Source of the DNA: the human T2T-CHM13v2.0 reference genome, Homo sapiens
DNA: 64,000 bases
NCBI RefSeq assembly: GCF_009914755.1
Contig: NC_060934.1
Direction: 5' to 3' (one strand)
The position numbers and the translations under genes are program-made. Positions 27,234 through 40,974 of this stretch are shown piece by piece. Each line of letters begins with the position of its first letter. The first letter of the stretch is position 1. The notes under the pieces were generated by a model. It made no database searches. It worked only from the letters and a program-made list of their open reading frames with translations, and was not told where the DNA came from.

Positions 27234-29599
27234 ATTGGCAGGACCCAGACTCATAAGACCCCAAAGAATTTGACCATCTTGGTCCCCGGTTCTTCTGTGC
27301 AATATTCAAAGTTTCTATTTTCTGTCAGGATTTCCTTTCTGACTTGAAGACAGAGGAAAGAAACCTTTGCAGTACATGCATTCTGGTCTCCTTTTGTACC
27401 TGAGGCCAGCTTTCGTCACTAGGTGCAATAAACGCTGCATTAGATTTTGATGGGAGGTATGGTGCCCAGGTGTGTTTCAACACAGTTCAGATGAGGGACA
27501 GGGGAGCTGGGGAGAAGCAAATGCAGCCCTGCCAGGAACAGTGCGCTGCTGCTTATACAACAGGGTAAAGGACCAGACTTGTCATTATTTTAACCCAAGT
27601 AGACAGTTCTCGCCTGTCTAAGGATGTGATTGACTGGTGGTATCTTTTCATGGTTATGCAGCAGATTGAACTTCAGAAGTCAGAGCTCACAACTGACGGG
27701 ATGTGTTTGTAATTGGACCTGGTAAGAACTGGACCTCTAAATAGGGAAGAAAGAGCAGTGGAGACAATCACATTGTGGCCTTTTGCTAGTTATTCATTCA
27801 TAGAGTTCTTCCTGTTTTAATTCTGGAGGATTAAAACATTAAAGAATAATTTATTCCTATACTCTCCTCAGCCCCCGTGCGTTCCTTTTTCCTTTTCTGT
27901 GTCTCTTGTTTTATCTTTCTCTCTCTGTGTCATACTTTTCCCTGACCTTCCATTTCCTGAAAATTGTCTGTATTTGTGAGGGTAACCTTAGTGCTTGAAA
28001 CTTTTTCCAGCTTTATTTTAAAAAGATGACCATTTTATCAGGCAGTCTGAAAATCCAAAAGTATTCTCTGCTCCAAATGTCCTCTTATTTAACTGGCCAG
28101 CGAGGAAAACCCACAAATTGCCAAACAAGAGGAACAACAGGAAGCGGTGATGGAGCTCATTTACATCTGCATATGTTCTTTATTTAAAACCAGGGGAAGT
28201 GCTGAGTGGATGGGTTTGGGAAATATGGCCGGCATTCCGGAAAGGGTGGCTGTGCACAAGTCCACACATCCTGTACTAACAGGCGGAAAGGGAACATCAT
28301 GGCATTTATGTTTCCGTGCCATCTTTTAATGTCTGTTCTGTGGCATCTTCATTAGATCCCAACATGACCCACAAACTGTTAACATATCAAAGGCAGTAGG
28401 GAGAGAGGTGTGAATATCCTAAAAGGGCTTCTGATGAACTATCGTATTTTCTTATACTCTAAATACATGGAACAGAGATGTTGGGATAGGTACACATTTG
28501 GGTTTTATTAACAAAATAGCAGTAAGATGTATAGGCAGTTGGAGATACCCGTTGAGCCTCTATGTTCTAAAGACAAATGTTCCAGCCTCTCATGGTCTTT
28601 TGGTGGCACAAAATGTTTCCTCCTGAAGAGGTGAAAAGGTGACCACAGTGGTCCTTCTCACTTTGCTCTGCCTCTGTGGCTGTCATGGGAGTAGAGTTGG
28701 CTATGACATCTGCCCTGCATTGATACACAAGGCTGATTCAGGGTGGGTTGTCAGGTGTCCTTTCATTCATCATGACCCTGAGTATGTCCCTTCTGAAAGG
28801 AGGCATACATGGTGAAAAAAGGGGCCTTCCCTGGAGCAGATTTGTGAAGCAAAACATGAAACCTTATTATTGGTCCATAGAATGAGCCCGAGAGGCCCTT
28901 GAGATGGTCTTTGATCCTACTCATATTTTAAGGTAGAAAAACTTCAAAGTTTTAAAAAAACTCAGAAAGGCTGGAATAATTGTTCCAGATCTCAGTACAG
29001 TTGAGCTACAGTTCACTCAGTCATCTTTCCCACTTCAGAATCTGCCCATTCGTGCAACCTTTGATCCCTCCATCCACCCACAAACATTTGTTGAATGCCC
29101 ATAAATAAGATCCAGTCCATGCCTCAAAAAGCTCATATGCACAGGAAGGATGGGAATGTAGGGCTGTGGACTAGGTGTTACGCAGAGATGTGGCAGCTGA
29201 AGGGTGCACAGAACAGGGAGTGTGCACATCAGCCTGGGCTCTGTGGTGGAGAGTGGAGGAAGGCAGGGAGTGATACTCAAAGTTGCGGATATGTCTTAAG
29301 AGAAAAATAGTTGTTTGCCAGGTGCTCCATATGTGGGAAGACTCTGTCCTATCCTATTTCTATTTGCTTTTAAATAATAATAACAAACAAAATTTCTATT
29401 GTTTCATTGATTCTCTCATTCACTCAAAATTTGAGGGCCTGAGATACCCAGAGGAGTTGGAACACACAATCTGTACTCACGTGGGGACTTGCAAAATAAT
29501 GAATAAATTAATGTTCTAGAAGTTACTGGGACCAGTTTTCATCCAATGCAAGAATAACTTCTAAGTTCTTCTCAACCTTGAGATTTGATGAATTAGAAT

Positions 29600-29810
29600 A
29601 ACGAACCTTTGTCTCGTTATCTCATGCAACTCACAACAACCCTGTAAAATAGATTTTATGATCACTGTCAGTTTTATAGGTAAGTAAAAAGAGATACAGG
29701 AGGGGTTAAGAAATATGCACAAGATTTCATAGCCAAAGGGTGACCACATGAGAGCCAAAACTGTCTGCTATCCTTAAATCCTAGGTTATTTCTTTTGCAT
29801 TACTTTGTGT
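29600..29810 (-). mobile_element. MIR fragment
   Basis: CTCACAACAACCCTGTAAAATAG...TTTTATAGGTAAGTAAAAAGAGATACAGGAGGGGTTAAG. Confidence 0.6.
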
Positions 29811-31351
29811 TGCTTATATATAGTTGAACTCAATAAATGACTTCATATAGGTAGGGCAATTTCTTCATTTAACTACACTTAATAGGAGACCAAATTAGAA
29901 CATTTGTTTTGAATTAAAATATGATCTTTAAGACATTCCTATTAAGAAGGGCAGTATGTTAAACATAGAGTTTTAGATTATCAGAGCTGGACCTTGTACA
30001 AGGAGATAATAACTCTCAATACAATTATGTCATTTTCTGCCATATTACAGATGAGAGAGAACACAGTTTTAAAATCATAGCCAAGAACGCAAGTTTCCCT
30101 ACTCCTCCCAGTGTTATCTCAACTAACACTTACTGCTTTTTATTATATTCAGCACCTGTAAGGATCATAACCCAAAGAAAGGAAAATGCAGAACAATTGG
30201 GTTTTGATGAGAGTCTGAGCTTCAGAAGGGTTTGGAACATACAATGAAATTTCTCATTCCGTGGTTATTTGAGTGTTGGGATGAGGACACCAGCGCACAA
30301 CTGTGGTAATGTCTGTGGTCAACAGAGAGCACCAGGTACTAGCTGGATTTGGTGGAGCCCAAGTAGAACTAGACAGAGGGCCTTGAATGGTCATCTAACT
30401 ATATAAAACACTCACCTTTGATTAGGTCTGCTCTCTAGTCATAATTCTGACCTCTGTGGAGTTTACTTAAAAGCATAATTCTCATTGATTATGTACCGAG
30501 AATTATGTTCTCATAATTCTCATTGATTCTGTAAGGAAATGTCCTATGCACATGGTTCTAGAAATATAAATTACTCCTGTCAATATTTAACCAAAAACCA
30601 GACTTGGTCCTTCAGGCGCCAGGGCAGAGATTGCTCATTTATATTGATGTGATTTTCACTAAATAAGAGCTGTAATGTTTGAGGATCAAACTGTCCAGTT
30701 TTTGAAATTAGCTGCTTTTTGAAATTTCCTCTGAAGTTTGCCTTTTTCATTTTCCCTTTTGTTTTTCTGCTGGTTTCTTCTTTCTCCTCCAAAGCCGCAG
30801 GACTCCTGCTACATTGCTCAATTCTACTTTCCACCTCCACTGCTGGGCAATTTCTTCCTTCCTCACTCCCGGGAAGAAATAATTCTCCTCTTGACAGCTT
30901 TCCTTTGGTGGTTTGCATACTCCCCTCATGTAGTAGTCACATTATAAACATGCACAGATGGCTTCGGAACCCTGGGCTTATTTTCTCCCTATTGTGGTAC
31001 AAGGCATTTAGCACCTGGTAGGAGCTCAAAAAATATTTTAGGAATGAATGAATGATGGAAGCAAACAAAGAAGGAATATTTGCCTCTCATTACTACCATC
31101 TGGAGACTCCAAGGAGGCCCTATGGTTCAGTCTACTTTCTTTCAGTTTACCACTTTGTGTCACTTGTCCAGGTGATTTTAAATAAACATTCATTCATTCA
31201 TTCTGTCTCTCTCTACAAGAGGATGGACACGTACCACACTCAATAATGGTGAGATTGTCAGTGATTTTCGTACTCTTTTCCTTTGAGCTTTTTGGTAGTT
31301 TGACATTTTTCTGCAATGAGAATATTTTATTTTGTAGTTCAAAAGTATTAG

Positions 31352-31480
31352 CCCTTTTATGCCCAGTGTTCCATTATTGGAATGCTAAGCTTGTGGGAGT
31401 TATTTATATCCTACTACTCAAGGTCATTGCCAAGGTCTGATTTTTTGTATACAAAAATAGCAACCTCTGGCACAAATGAG
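31352..31480 (+). mobile_element. MER85 (non-autonomous piggyBac MITE derived from PGBD3); strand given with the palindrome end as 5'
   Basis: Degenerate 13-bp TIRs CCCTTTTATGCCC and TGGCACAAATGAG, flanked by TTAG (31348-51) and TTAA (31481-84). Internal GTTCCATTATTGGAAT then GCTAAGCTTGTGGGAGTTATTTATATCCTACT..CTCAAGGTCAT..CCAAGGTCTGATT. Confidence 0.92.
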
Positions 31481-32338
31481 TTAACATTAGATTTTTAAAA
31501 TTATATTTTGTATTCTAAAAATGTTTATTTTATAAAATTTAGACAATTAGTAATATTGGGAGAAAAAAACTACCCATAATTCTGATACCCACAATCCATT
31601 GCTAACCCGTTCACTTTACTTCTAGCCTTTTTTTAGTGCATACATTTTGATATGTAGTTGTGATCCTGTTGAAAATTGACATTTTTATTTTACTTTTTCA
31701 ATGAACATGTATAAAGTGGTTTTATGTTATATATCTCCATGAATTTCACTTTTATTGACTGCATGCTAGTCTTTTTAAATATTAATATCAAGTGCATGGT
31801 CAACTTTAGCATTTCCCAATATGTAATAGCAACACTAAAGTGAGCATTTATTAAATGCTTGCTACTTACTGGGCAGTGTCCAGAATAAACTGGTAGGCAA
31901 AATGAACTTCTGCTCTCCCAGAGGATAGAATCTACAAAAACAAATTTATGCTAGCGACTCAATATGGTAACAGCTTTATAGTGAACATGCAGAGTTATGG
32001 GAACATTTGAAGGAATGTAGAATCCAATTTTAAGCAAGGATTAGGGAAGTCTTCCTGGAAGAGGTAACATTGAAGCCTCGACAACCGTATCACAACTGAC
32101 CAGGGAGAAATGTGAGAAGAGTTCACCTTGGGGGAACAGCATGTATAATGGGCCAGAGGGCAGAGGCATGGAATGTTGAAGGCACGGAATTGTAGTTTGG
32201 CCAGAGATCATTGTGGGAGGGGATAGAGAGAGAAAAAGGAGAGTAAGGAGGTGATCGAGGAGCTAATAGCGGAGGTGCATGGGGTAAGATCATGAAGAAC
32301 TTTACATGCAAATTTAAAGAGTAGGGATTATGTCATAG

Positions 32339-32690
<352 letters not shown>

Positions 32691-32736
32691 TAGGCTGGAG
32701 AAGCTGAAAGATTACATTGGCTTATTACAAAGATCA

Positions 32737-33105
<369 letters not shown>

Positions 33106-35348
33106 TCATGCAAGAGATGTTTGTCATTTACCTGTTGTTGTTTTTATTTCACCATCATAATAACCATGAGAGGAAATTTTTATGCATAGCTATCTTGAGT
33201 ACTATTTTATTAGAAAAGAATAAAAGGAAAATGCGAGCTGATCTTAGTGTTACAACTTGTCAGCGTCACTTGCAGGCTGAGTTTGTTCTCATGCCCACCT
33301 ACCAAGTCATTTCAGTAGTACCTGTTGGAGATGCGTAAAGGGCACCTTCTTGAGGATGGCTCTCCATAGTATACGTGGTTCAGACCAGATTTCATCCAGA
33401 TTTATGCTGCATCATTTGCTGGGATCTCAACTTCCACTCTAAGCCTAGTGCCAGTTCTGTACAAATGATTTTTAAAAATCCAACATAATTAGGATGATTA
33501 TATACACCTTACAGCCATGTTTCATGGACTCCCTGGGTGGAATGCATTTGCCTAAGGTCAACGACATTATTTCCCTAAAGGGACAGTCCTATTGTTGGAC
33601 TTCAGATAAATTCCTCACTATTTTTCAAGTGCTCCAGTTTATATGATTCCACTTTCTTGGCCAAAATTCTGCTTATGGCATAGTGTTGCCCATTGTGGGA
33701 TCTCAAAGCACATTCATTATCATGTGCTGACGGCTGTTCTGCAGGAGTGGAAAATGGAGGTAGAGAGAAGTGAATGCAACGGTGCCAGCAGTGGGGGATG
33801 GAGCCACGCCCCTGACAGGGGGCACAGTCTCTGAACTCAGCACCAGGCTGGGAAGCTTTGCCGGGGCCTCCCTGTGCTCTTTTGGGGCAGGCCACTTTGG
33901 AGACATAACAAATATAACCAGGGTAGAGCTCTGCCAGAAAGCAACAGCGGGGACAGTGATGGAAAACAGATGGAGGCGCTGGCCTTCACTTGGTGAGAAA
34001 TCCACTGAGGGAATGGAGAATGTTTGCAAAATCTCCGAGTGCTATTGGGACACCTCTTAGTGCATTTACAAGGCGCCAGCCTCTGTTTGCCAATGGTTTA
34101 GTTTGGTTTTGATGAGACCAAATTACCCTTTGAATTCTCTCGAAATTTTGAACATTTCCCAAATTTTGTTTGACTCACCAGCTGGAGGCTTGGAATTAAA
34201 AATCCAGCATGAGTGCCTGAGAAAAATAAGTGAAATCTTGCCTTATTTTGGAGGAATGGTTAAGAAAAGGTGCTTGTAGCTGCCTAGCTTGTGGTTGGCT
34301 CCCCACATTGTGTAATTCTTAGCCTGGAACAAATCTTGAGTTGTCATTTTGTATTTTCTCCTGCTTCTACATAGGGAGGGAGGGCTCTGCCTCCCCAAAG
34401 TATTTCGGAAAGATGGTGGACTCTTCTGATGTAAGACTTCAGAAAGGAAGGCACACAACCTTATTTGTTCTTCTGATTCATGGATAAAGGGTTAACCATA
34501 CTGTGGCTTTTTGTAGCACATGCAGTTTGAACATAGCTCTATATTCAACATCTTGTGGTGAGAAGGAAGGACACAAAAAAGAGTTCATCTCCTTTCTCTG
34601 GGGGACTCTGCCCTTTCTAGGTGAGATGATGGTGTATGACTCTAGGAATATAGATAAGTGTCCTTACATACAAAGCAGTATGATTCGCTGTCTAGGGGAA
34701 AGATACAGGGGAATTGAATGAGGAATGATTCTGCATTCTTAGTCTCTAAGATGTTGAACCTATACAATATTCAGTAAGTAGTTTTGATTCTTCTGTGATG
34801 CCCCTATGCCCACAAACATCCTCCCATCATCTCAGCCTGAAAACACCATTCCTGCAATCTTCCTCCTTTCCCTCTCTCTTGCTCTCATGCCACCTTCTTT
34901 GTTTTGCTGCTAAATGCTAAAAGAATAATTTAGACTTGTTGCCTTTCCTCTCTCTCTTTCCTGCTCTCCCTTCCTTCTCCACTTCTTCACTCCTAGTCCC
35001 CTGACTTCCTTCCTCCTCTCTGGATTACAGCTGTTCTCCTGGTCAGCAATCCAACCTCCTCTTCACATTCTTTGCCTTACTGACTCTTTGGATGAGTCCT
35101 GGTGATTCCAGAACCCTCTGTCTCTGAGCTTTTATGCCACTCTCTCGATGCTTCTCACATATCTCTATCTGCTCCCTTTCTCTTCTTCTCACATCCCTTA
35201 ATTGTGACCTTTTTTCAAGATTCTGTCTTTGAGCCCTTTCTTTCTTTTCGACACTCCTAGCCACCATGGGATCTTTAGCATCTCTCCTACATAGATGCCT
35301 CCATTTTTAGCTTTCCAGCTCTGACTTTTGCATGAGCCACATCACATC

Positions 35349-35710
35349 TGTATTAGTCTGTTCTCACACTGCTAATAAAGACATACCCAAGACCAGGTAA
35401 TGCACACAGAAAAAGAGGTTTAATGGAGTCACCGTTCCACCTGGCTGGGGAGACCTCATAATCATTGAGGAGGGCAAAAGGCACATCTTACATGGCAGCA
35501 AGCAAGAAAGAATGAAAGCCAAGTGAAAGGGGTAATCCCTTACAAAACCATCAGATCCCCTGAGACTTACTCACTACCATGAGAACAGTATGGGGGAAAC
35601 TGACCCCATGACTCAATTATCTCCCACCGGGTCCCTCCCACAACACATGGGAATGATGGGAGTTACAGTTCAAGATGAGATTTGGGTGAGGACACAGCCA
35701 AACCATATCA
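35349..35710 (-). mobile_element. THE1 (THE1B/C-like) solo LTR
   Basis: TGTATTAGTCTGTTCTCACACTGCTAATAAAGACATACCC...GGACACAGCCAAACCATATCA. 5-bp flanks ACATC/CCATC. Confidence 0.95.
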
Positions 35711-35739
35711 CCATCTGATTCTCAAACTAAAAAATAGTA

Positions 35740-35905
35740 TAAAATTTATCTATTTTATTTATTGCATGGTGTTCCTTTTTAGAAGAAAGCTCCCCAAAGG
35801 CAGGGATGTCTGTCTGTGTTGCTGTTCTATCCCAGGGGCCTAAACTAGAGCTTGGCACACAGTATTGGCTCACCAAATATGTGTTGAACTAATGAATGAA
35901 TGTTA
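35740..35905 (+). mobile_element. L2 3' end
   Basis: AAGCTCCCCAAAGGCAGGGATG...TGGCACACAGTA...CTCACCAAATATGTGTTGAACTAATGAATGAATG. Confidence 0.75.
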
Positions 35906-36150
35906 CCTACATTTATTGAGCACTTGCCTGGTAAAGAAAATTTCTAATAAGATGATTATCTCACATCATCCTGACAAAATCCTATGAGGTTAGCCCATTC
36001 ATAATACAATTTTGCAAACAAGGACTGTGAAACACCAAGAAGGCAACTCTCCTGAGGCCATAAGGCCATATGGCTGGTGAGAGGCAGAATGTAGACTTCA
36101 AACCCAGGCAGAATGACCTAAGCCCAAGCTTTCAAGCACTAGGTTGTACT
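35905..36150 (-). mobile_element. MIR SINE
   Basis: CATTTATTGAGCACTTGCC...CCTATGAGGT...CTTCAAACCCAGGCAG. Confidence 0.7.
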
Positions 36151-37454
36151 TGGAGGTGATTGATCTCTGCCATTGACTAGCTATATGAACTTGGACATGC
36201 TTTTTAAGTTATCTGAGCTTCAGCTTCCTCATCTAGTGAAAGGACATTACCTCTGACTTAACAGTGTTATATCTAAGAACTTTGCAAACAGTAAAATACA
36301 GCATTAATGTTATTCCTCAAATAAGGTATCACTAATATTTATGAGAAAAATTACATACAAACTCTATTAGGACTTACAGAGCCACAAAACAAACCAGAAA
36401 CCAACCAAACAGCAACAAAAACAACAAACCACAAATTATGAAGTTATGGTGCTATACTTCAAGGAATGCCCATCCTTTCTTTTTCCCTCCCTTCCTTCCC
36501 TCTCTCAAATATTTATTGCAACCCTACAAGTGCTGGGCCTGGGCTAGAGATAAAAGGATAAAAATAATTAGTTGAGATTAAGAATTAGTAATTAGTTGAG
36601 ATTAAGAGATTGATTTATACTTCTGATAAGGGAAAGAATAATGTTGACTGGAGTTCTTGTGGAACGCTGTCATGAGAGGGCCTGGAAAAGGAGTTTAGAA
36701 GACTCAAGCAACAGAGAAAAATGGAAGAACTATATTCCTCTGTGTTCTCCTCTTCTGTGTGTAAGATTTGTAACCCTGAGAAAACTGGTTGAGCCATGGC
36801 TTAGCTGGCTGCCCGAGTCATGGGCCCCTTAAAATCTTCACTTAGGTCCCCATGGATGCCAGAGAGGGCTTTAAAGGTGACTGCTAGATCACCAGCCTAG
36901 ATAAGAACCAGGGGAATGGGAAAGTGGCTAGGAAAGGAGACTCATATTTGAATTGGAGATGTCAGGATAGTCAGGCAGAGGCATCTGCAGTTATGCAGCA
37001 GAGTAAGAAGAAAAGGAGAGCGAGGCTTCATAAGCACTTGGTTCTTTGGCTGAGGGTCTGAAGAAATCCTCCAAGACATGTGGCATCCGCCACAACTCTT
37101 TGCCCACATCCAGGCCCTTCCCTCTTGGGAGCCTGTCAGAGGGGAAAAGCAAGTGGCTCCATGTGTCTCTGCCTTTGTGGTAACTTGGCTTCTTTGCTGG
37201 AGGGATCAGTTGAGCATGTCTTCAATACATTGGTCTGGGGACCTTCTGGTTCTCTAAAGCTGACAGATTTCTGCTCCTTTTTGGACTTCCTAAGGTTCCA
37301 TTTAAGTTTTACAGTTAAGGGTTGACATAAAGACATCAGTCCAGAGTCTGAATCTTCTCCTGCCTTGTTTAAGACCTGCTACAAGGGCTTTCTGTCCAGA
37401 AGAGCTTTAGTTCCATTTGGGGAAAGGTAGATAAAGCTGGGTGCTGTCATTTTT

Positions 37455-37645
37455 TTTTGAGAAGTAGCTTAGTATGGACACAAGAGCTGTACTCTGAGAA
37501 TAAGGAGTCTTGGATTCTAGCTCCTGGGTTTGTTTGTGTGACCTGGAATATGTTCTGTCCCATACGTTCTAGGCTTCAGTTTCTTCCATAAAAAGTAGGA
37601 GTTGGACTAAATGGTATCTAACACCAGTTTCCATATTAACATTCT
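37455..37645 (+). mobile_element. MIR/MIR3 fragment
   Basis: TGGATTCTAGCTCCTGG...TGTGTGACCTGG...TTCAGTTTCTTCCATAAAAAG...GTTGGACTAAATG. Confidence 0.65.
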
Positions 37646-37661
37646 CTCATCTTTGGCTGGG

Positions 37662-37702
37662 GCGTGTATGTGTGTGTGTGTGTGTGTGCGTGTGTGTATA
37701 CA
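37662..37702. repeat. Imperfect (TG)n
   Basis: Directly visible alternating TG run. Confidence 0.9.
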
Positions 37703-40394
37703 GATTTTTCTGGAAAAGAAAGATTAAGGATACGATCCCATACACACTATCATCACCATATGTGCGTGCATTCCTGACATGGCTATGGGCCCCACCCATG
37801 CCATATGCTCCCCACACTTTGTCAGCCTGGCTGTCCTTTATTGCCCATCATAGCTCAGCCTGCCACATGTTCCTGTGCGCACGAGATGCACTGACACAGG
37901 CTTTGTGAAGGCTGACTCCATGTCTTGTTCTCCTCGCTGCTTCTTGAGGAATCCTAAATCCAGCTGCAACCTCCACACTTGCATGGCTTTGTAGAAGGGG
38001 AAATGTAAGAGTAGGCTTTTAATCAGCTCACACATATTTTGTGAGGCAAGGTCTGAGAGGGCTTTGTGAAGCCGCTATTCACTGCATCATGTTGTGGGAT
38101 CAAGCCTACACTTTGTATCATATGGAAACACTGATAGTGCCAGATAAATACTGAGACTTAGGAAGAAGCATACTGTACTTCCAACCATCCAAATCGTGGC
38201 AGAACCTGAGGACAAAGCATTCAACTAATATGGCAGAACTCTACAAGGCAGGACTGGGATGGAAGTTTCGGAAAGGAAAGATTTGTGACTCTCTGAAGGT
38301 GGTTCACATGACCCTTGCTGTGGAGGGAAATGGAGTGCCACCTGGAATCATGCTTCCCCTGTCCTGCTGAGGTTCGTGTGGATATGTGTCAAATATTTTT
38401 CAGAGATTTTAAAGAAATTAAAATTAACACTTGATTCAACCCTCAGATCTATCACTTATAATGCGGCCTCGGACAGGCCATCTAACTTCTTTAAGCTTTT
38501 TTGTCCTAATCTTTAGAATAATATATTACCTACTATGCTGCCTTTTTTCCCAGGTTAGTTATGAAATTCAAAGAAGATGATGTTTGTAAAAGCAATTTGT
38601 AAACAATAAATTAACCAGTGGTTATGTGCTCAACACTGTGGAGCCTTTCACTCCAAATAAAAACAAATCAAAACAAAAACCACCTCCATGGATATATAGG
38701 CAATTTTGACATGTAACTTCTAAGGGTCTGCTTAACAGGCTCATGTGTCAGAATTTGACAATCCATGAAATAGAGATCAAGTAGTCGTAATAATATCACT
38801 GCCTTCATGGCAGAGGCTGCATATCTGTTTCTCCTATTCCACTTCATCTCCCCAGTGCTCACACATACACCCTGTTGGTTTGTAGTTAGTGAATGATTAA
38901 GGAAATGTGCGTGTGCCTGTGTGTGCTTGTATGTTGTATAGGTGTGTCTGCACTGCCCATTCTTGCATTTCTATCTTTTAACTGTTATGGATGTATAAGC
39001 ACTATCTATGATGGACGAGGCATAGTGCATCTCCTAGGCCGGAAATGTTTCACTCACTAATGAGCTGGACAATTCTACTCTGTGAATTTAACTTTCCTGA
39101 CTCCCTTATGCAGGTTAATTTTGGTAACATATCATATTTTACTCTGGCTTGGTGGGATTAGGTGGGAAATTACAGATTGCATCAACAATTTGGTCTGCCT
39201 GGATACAATTTGGTCTGTTTCAGTCACAGCCTGGGTCACACCTGTTGATATATATTTTTAAACTGATTCCTCTCTAGATCATTCTTTCTGATCAGCACAA
39301 GGCAATATGCTGAAATTTCTCTTTTATATCTGTTTTATTAGCATGTCTTTCAAGTGCTCCTTAATCTTCCAAAGAAAATGGAAAGAGTTCTTATATTGTG
39401 CTACAGCCTTTGTATTCACTTGGCAATTGCCAACTTATTTTAAAATAAACTTTTAAAGTGAACTATGACGTATCTATACAATATGCACAAATCATAGTAT
39501 ACAACTTTATGAATTATCATGAGCTGTCACCACCCAGACAAAAAAAAAAATACTGGCAATGGCCCCTGCCCCCCACAAACTCTCTCATATCGCACCCTAG
39601 GCACTACTTCTTCCTCCATAAAGGTAGCCAACATTCAGACATCATATTCTATGGATTAGTTTTGATTACTTTTAAATTTTCTATAAATGGAAGAGTGAAG
39701 TATGTATATTTGGGGATTTTTGTTGTTGTTGTTCAATGTTAAACAGTATTCCAAAATATTGGAGTTCAATGTATTAGTCTTTTTCCTTATGGTTAGTATT
39801 TTTGAAGTCCTGTCTAAGCAACATTTGTCTACTCAAAGGTCATGACGGTATTATCCTGTGTTATCCTTTAGAAGTGTTGTATTTTACATTCACATTTAGA
39901 ACTACAGTACACCTAACATTTTTATATGGTGTGTAGTAAGGGGGTCAGTAATTATTTTTTCATAAGGATATCTGAAAAGACCTGACATTCCTCACTGCTT
40001 TTTTCATAAATCAATTGTCTTCATATATGTGAAGTTGTCTTGGACTCTCTATTCTGTCCCATTAGTATTCTTGTCTCTTCTGGGTCAATGCCCTTATCTG
40101 TCAATGACTACAGTTTTATAATAATGTCTAATATCTAGTCATGTATCAAAACCATATTGGCTATCCTTGGCTCTTTGAATCTCCATACAAGTTTTAGAAT
40201 CATATGTGTCCTAATAATAACAACAACAATGAAAAAAGATGATATTTTGATTGGGATTATTTTGAATTTATAGGCCAATTTGTGAAGGATTGATATGTTT
40301 GCAATGTGACATCTTCTAATTCATGACCATGGGAATGTTCTTCCACTTATTTAGGTCTTCTTTAGTTAACTCAATAATAATTTTTAGTTTTTCT

Positions 40395-40434
40395 TGTGTG
40401 TGTGTGTGTGTGTGTGTATGCATGCATGTGTGTG
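40395..40434. repeat. (TG)11 plus alternating purine-pyrimidine extension
   Basis: TGTG...TATGCATGCATGTGTGTG. Confidence 0.9.
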
Positions 40435-40974
40435 GCAGTCTTGTACATATTTCATTATATTTATATGTATATGATTTTTCAAAATAGTATGGTAATATGA
40501 TTTACTTATTTTTTGATGCTAGTATATAAAGATTGAAATAATTCTCATATGTTTATTTTGAAGCCAGAAACCTTGCTAAATTCACTTATTTATTCTAAGA
40601 GTTTCTAGAGTTTTTGGTTTTCTGTACACAAATCTCCCTGTAATAATTTTTTTCTTTATACCTATTCCTTTTATTTCATTTCTTATCTTATAGAATTGGC
40701 CATGACCTCTAGTACAATATTGAACATAAATGGTCTTGAAAGATACCCTTGTCTCATTTTCAATCTCAGCTTTTAATTTTATTATGTCTAATGAGTGCTA
40801 TAGAACTGTTATCATTATCCTTTATCAATTAGAAAAGTCATCTTTTCTTTTGTTATGAGTTTTCAACATCAATGGGTATTGAATTTTGTCAAATATTAAA
40901 TATTTTGTGCCTCTGTAGAGGTGATCATTTGCTTTTCTCCTTTATTATATTAATGTGATGAATTACATTGATCA

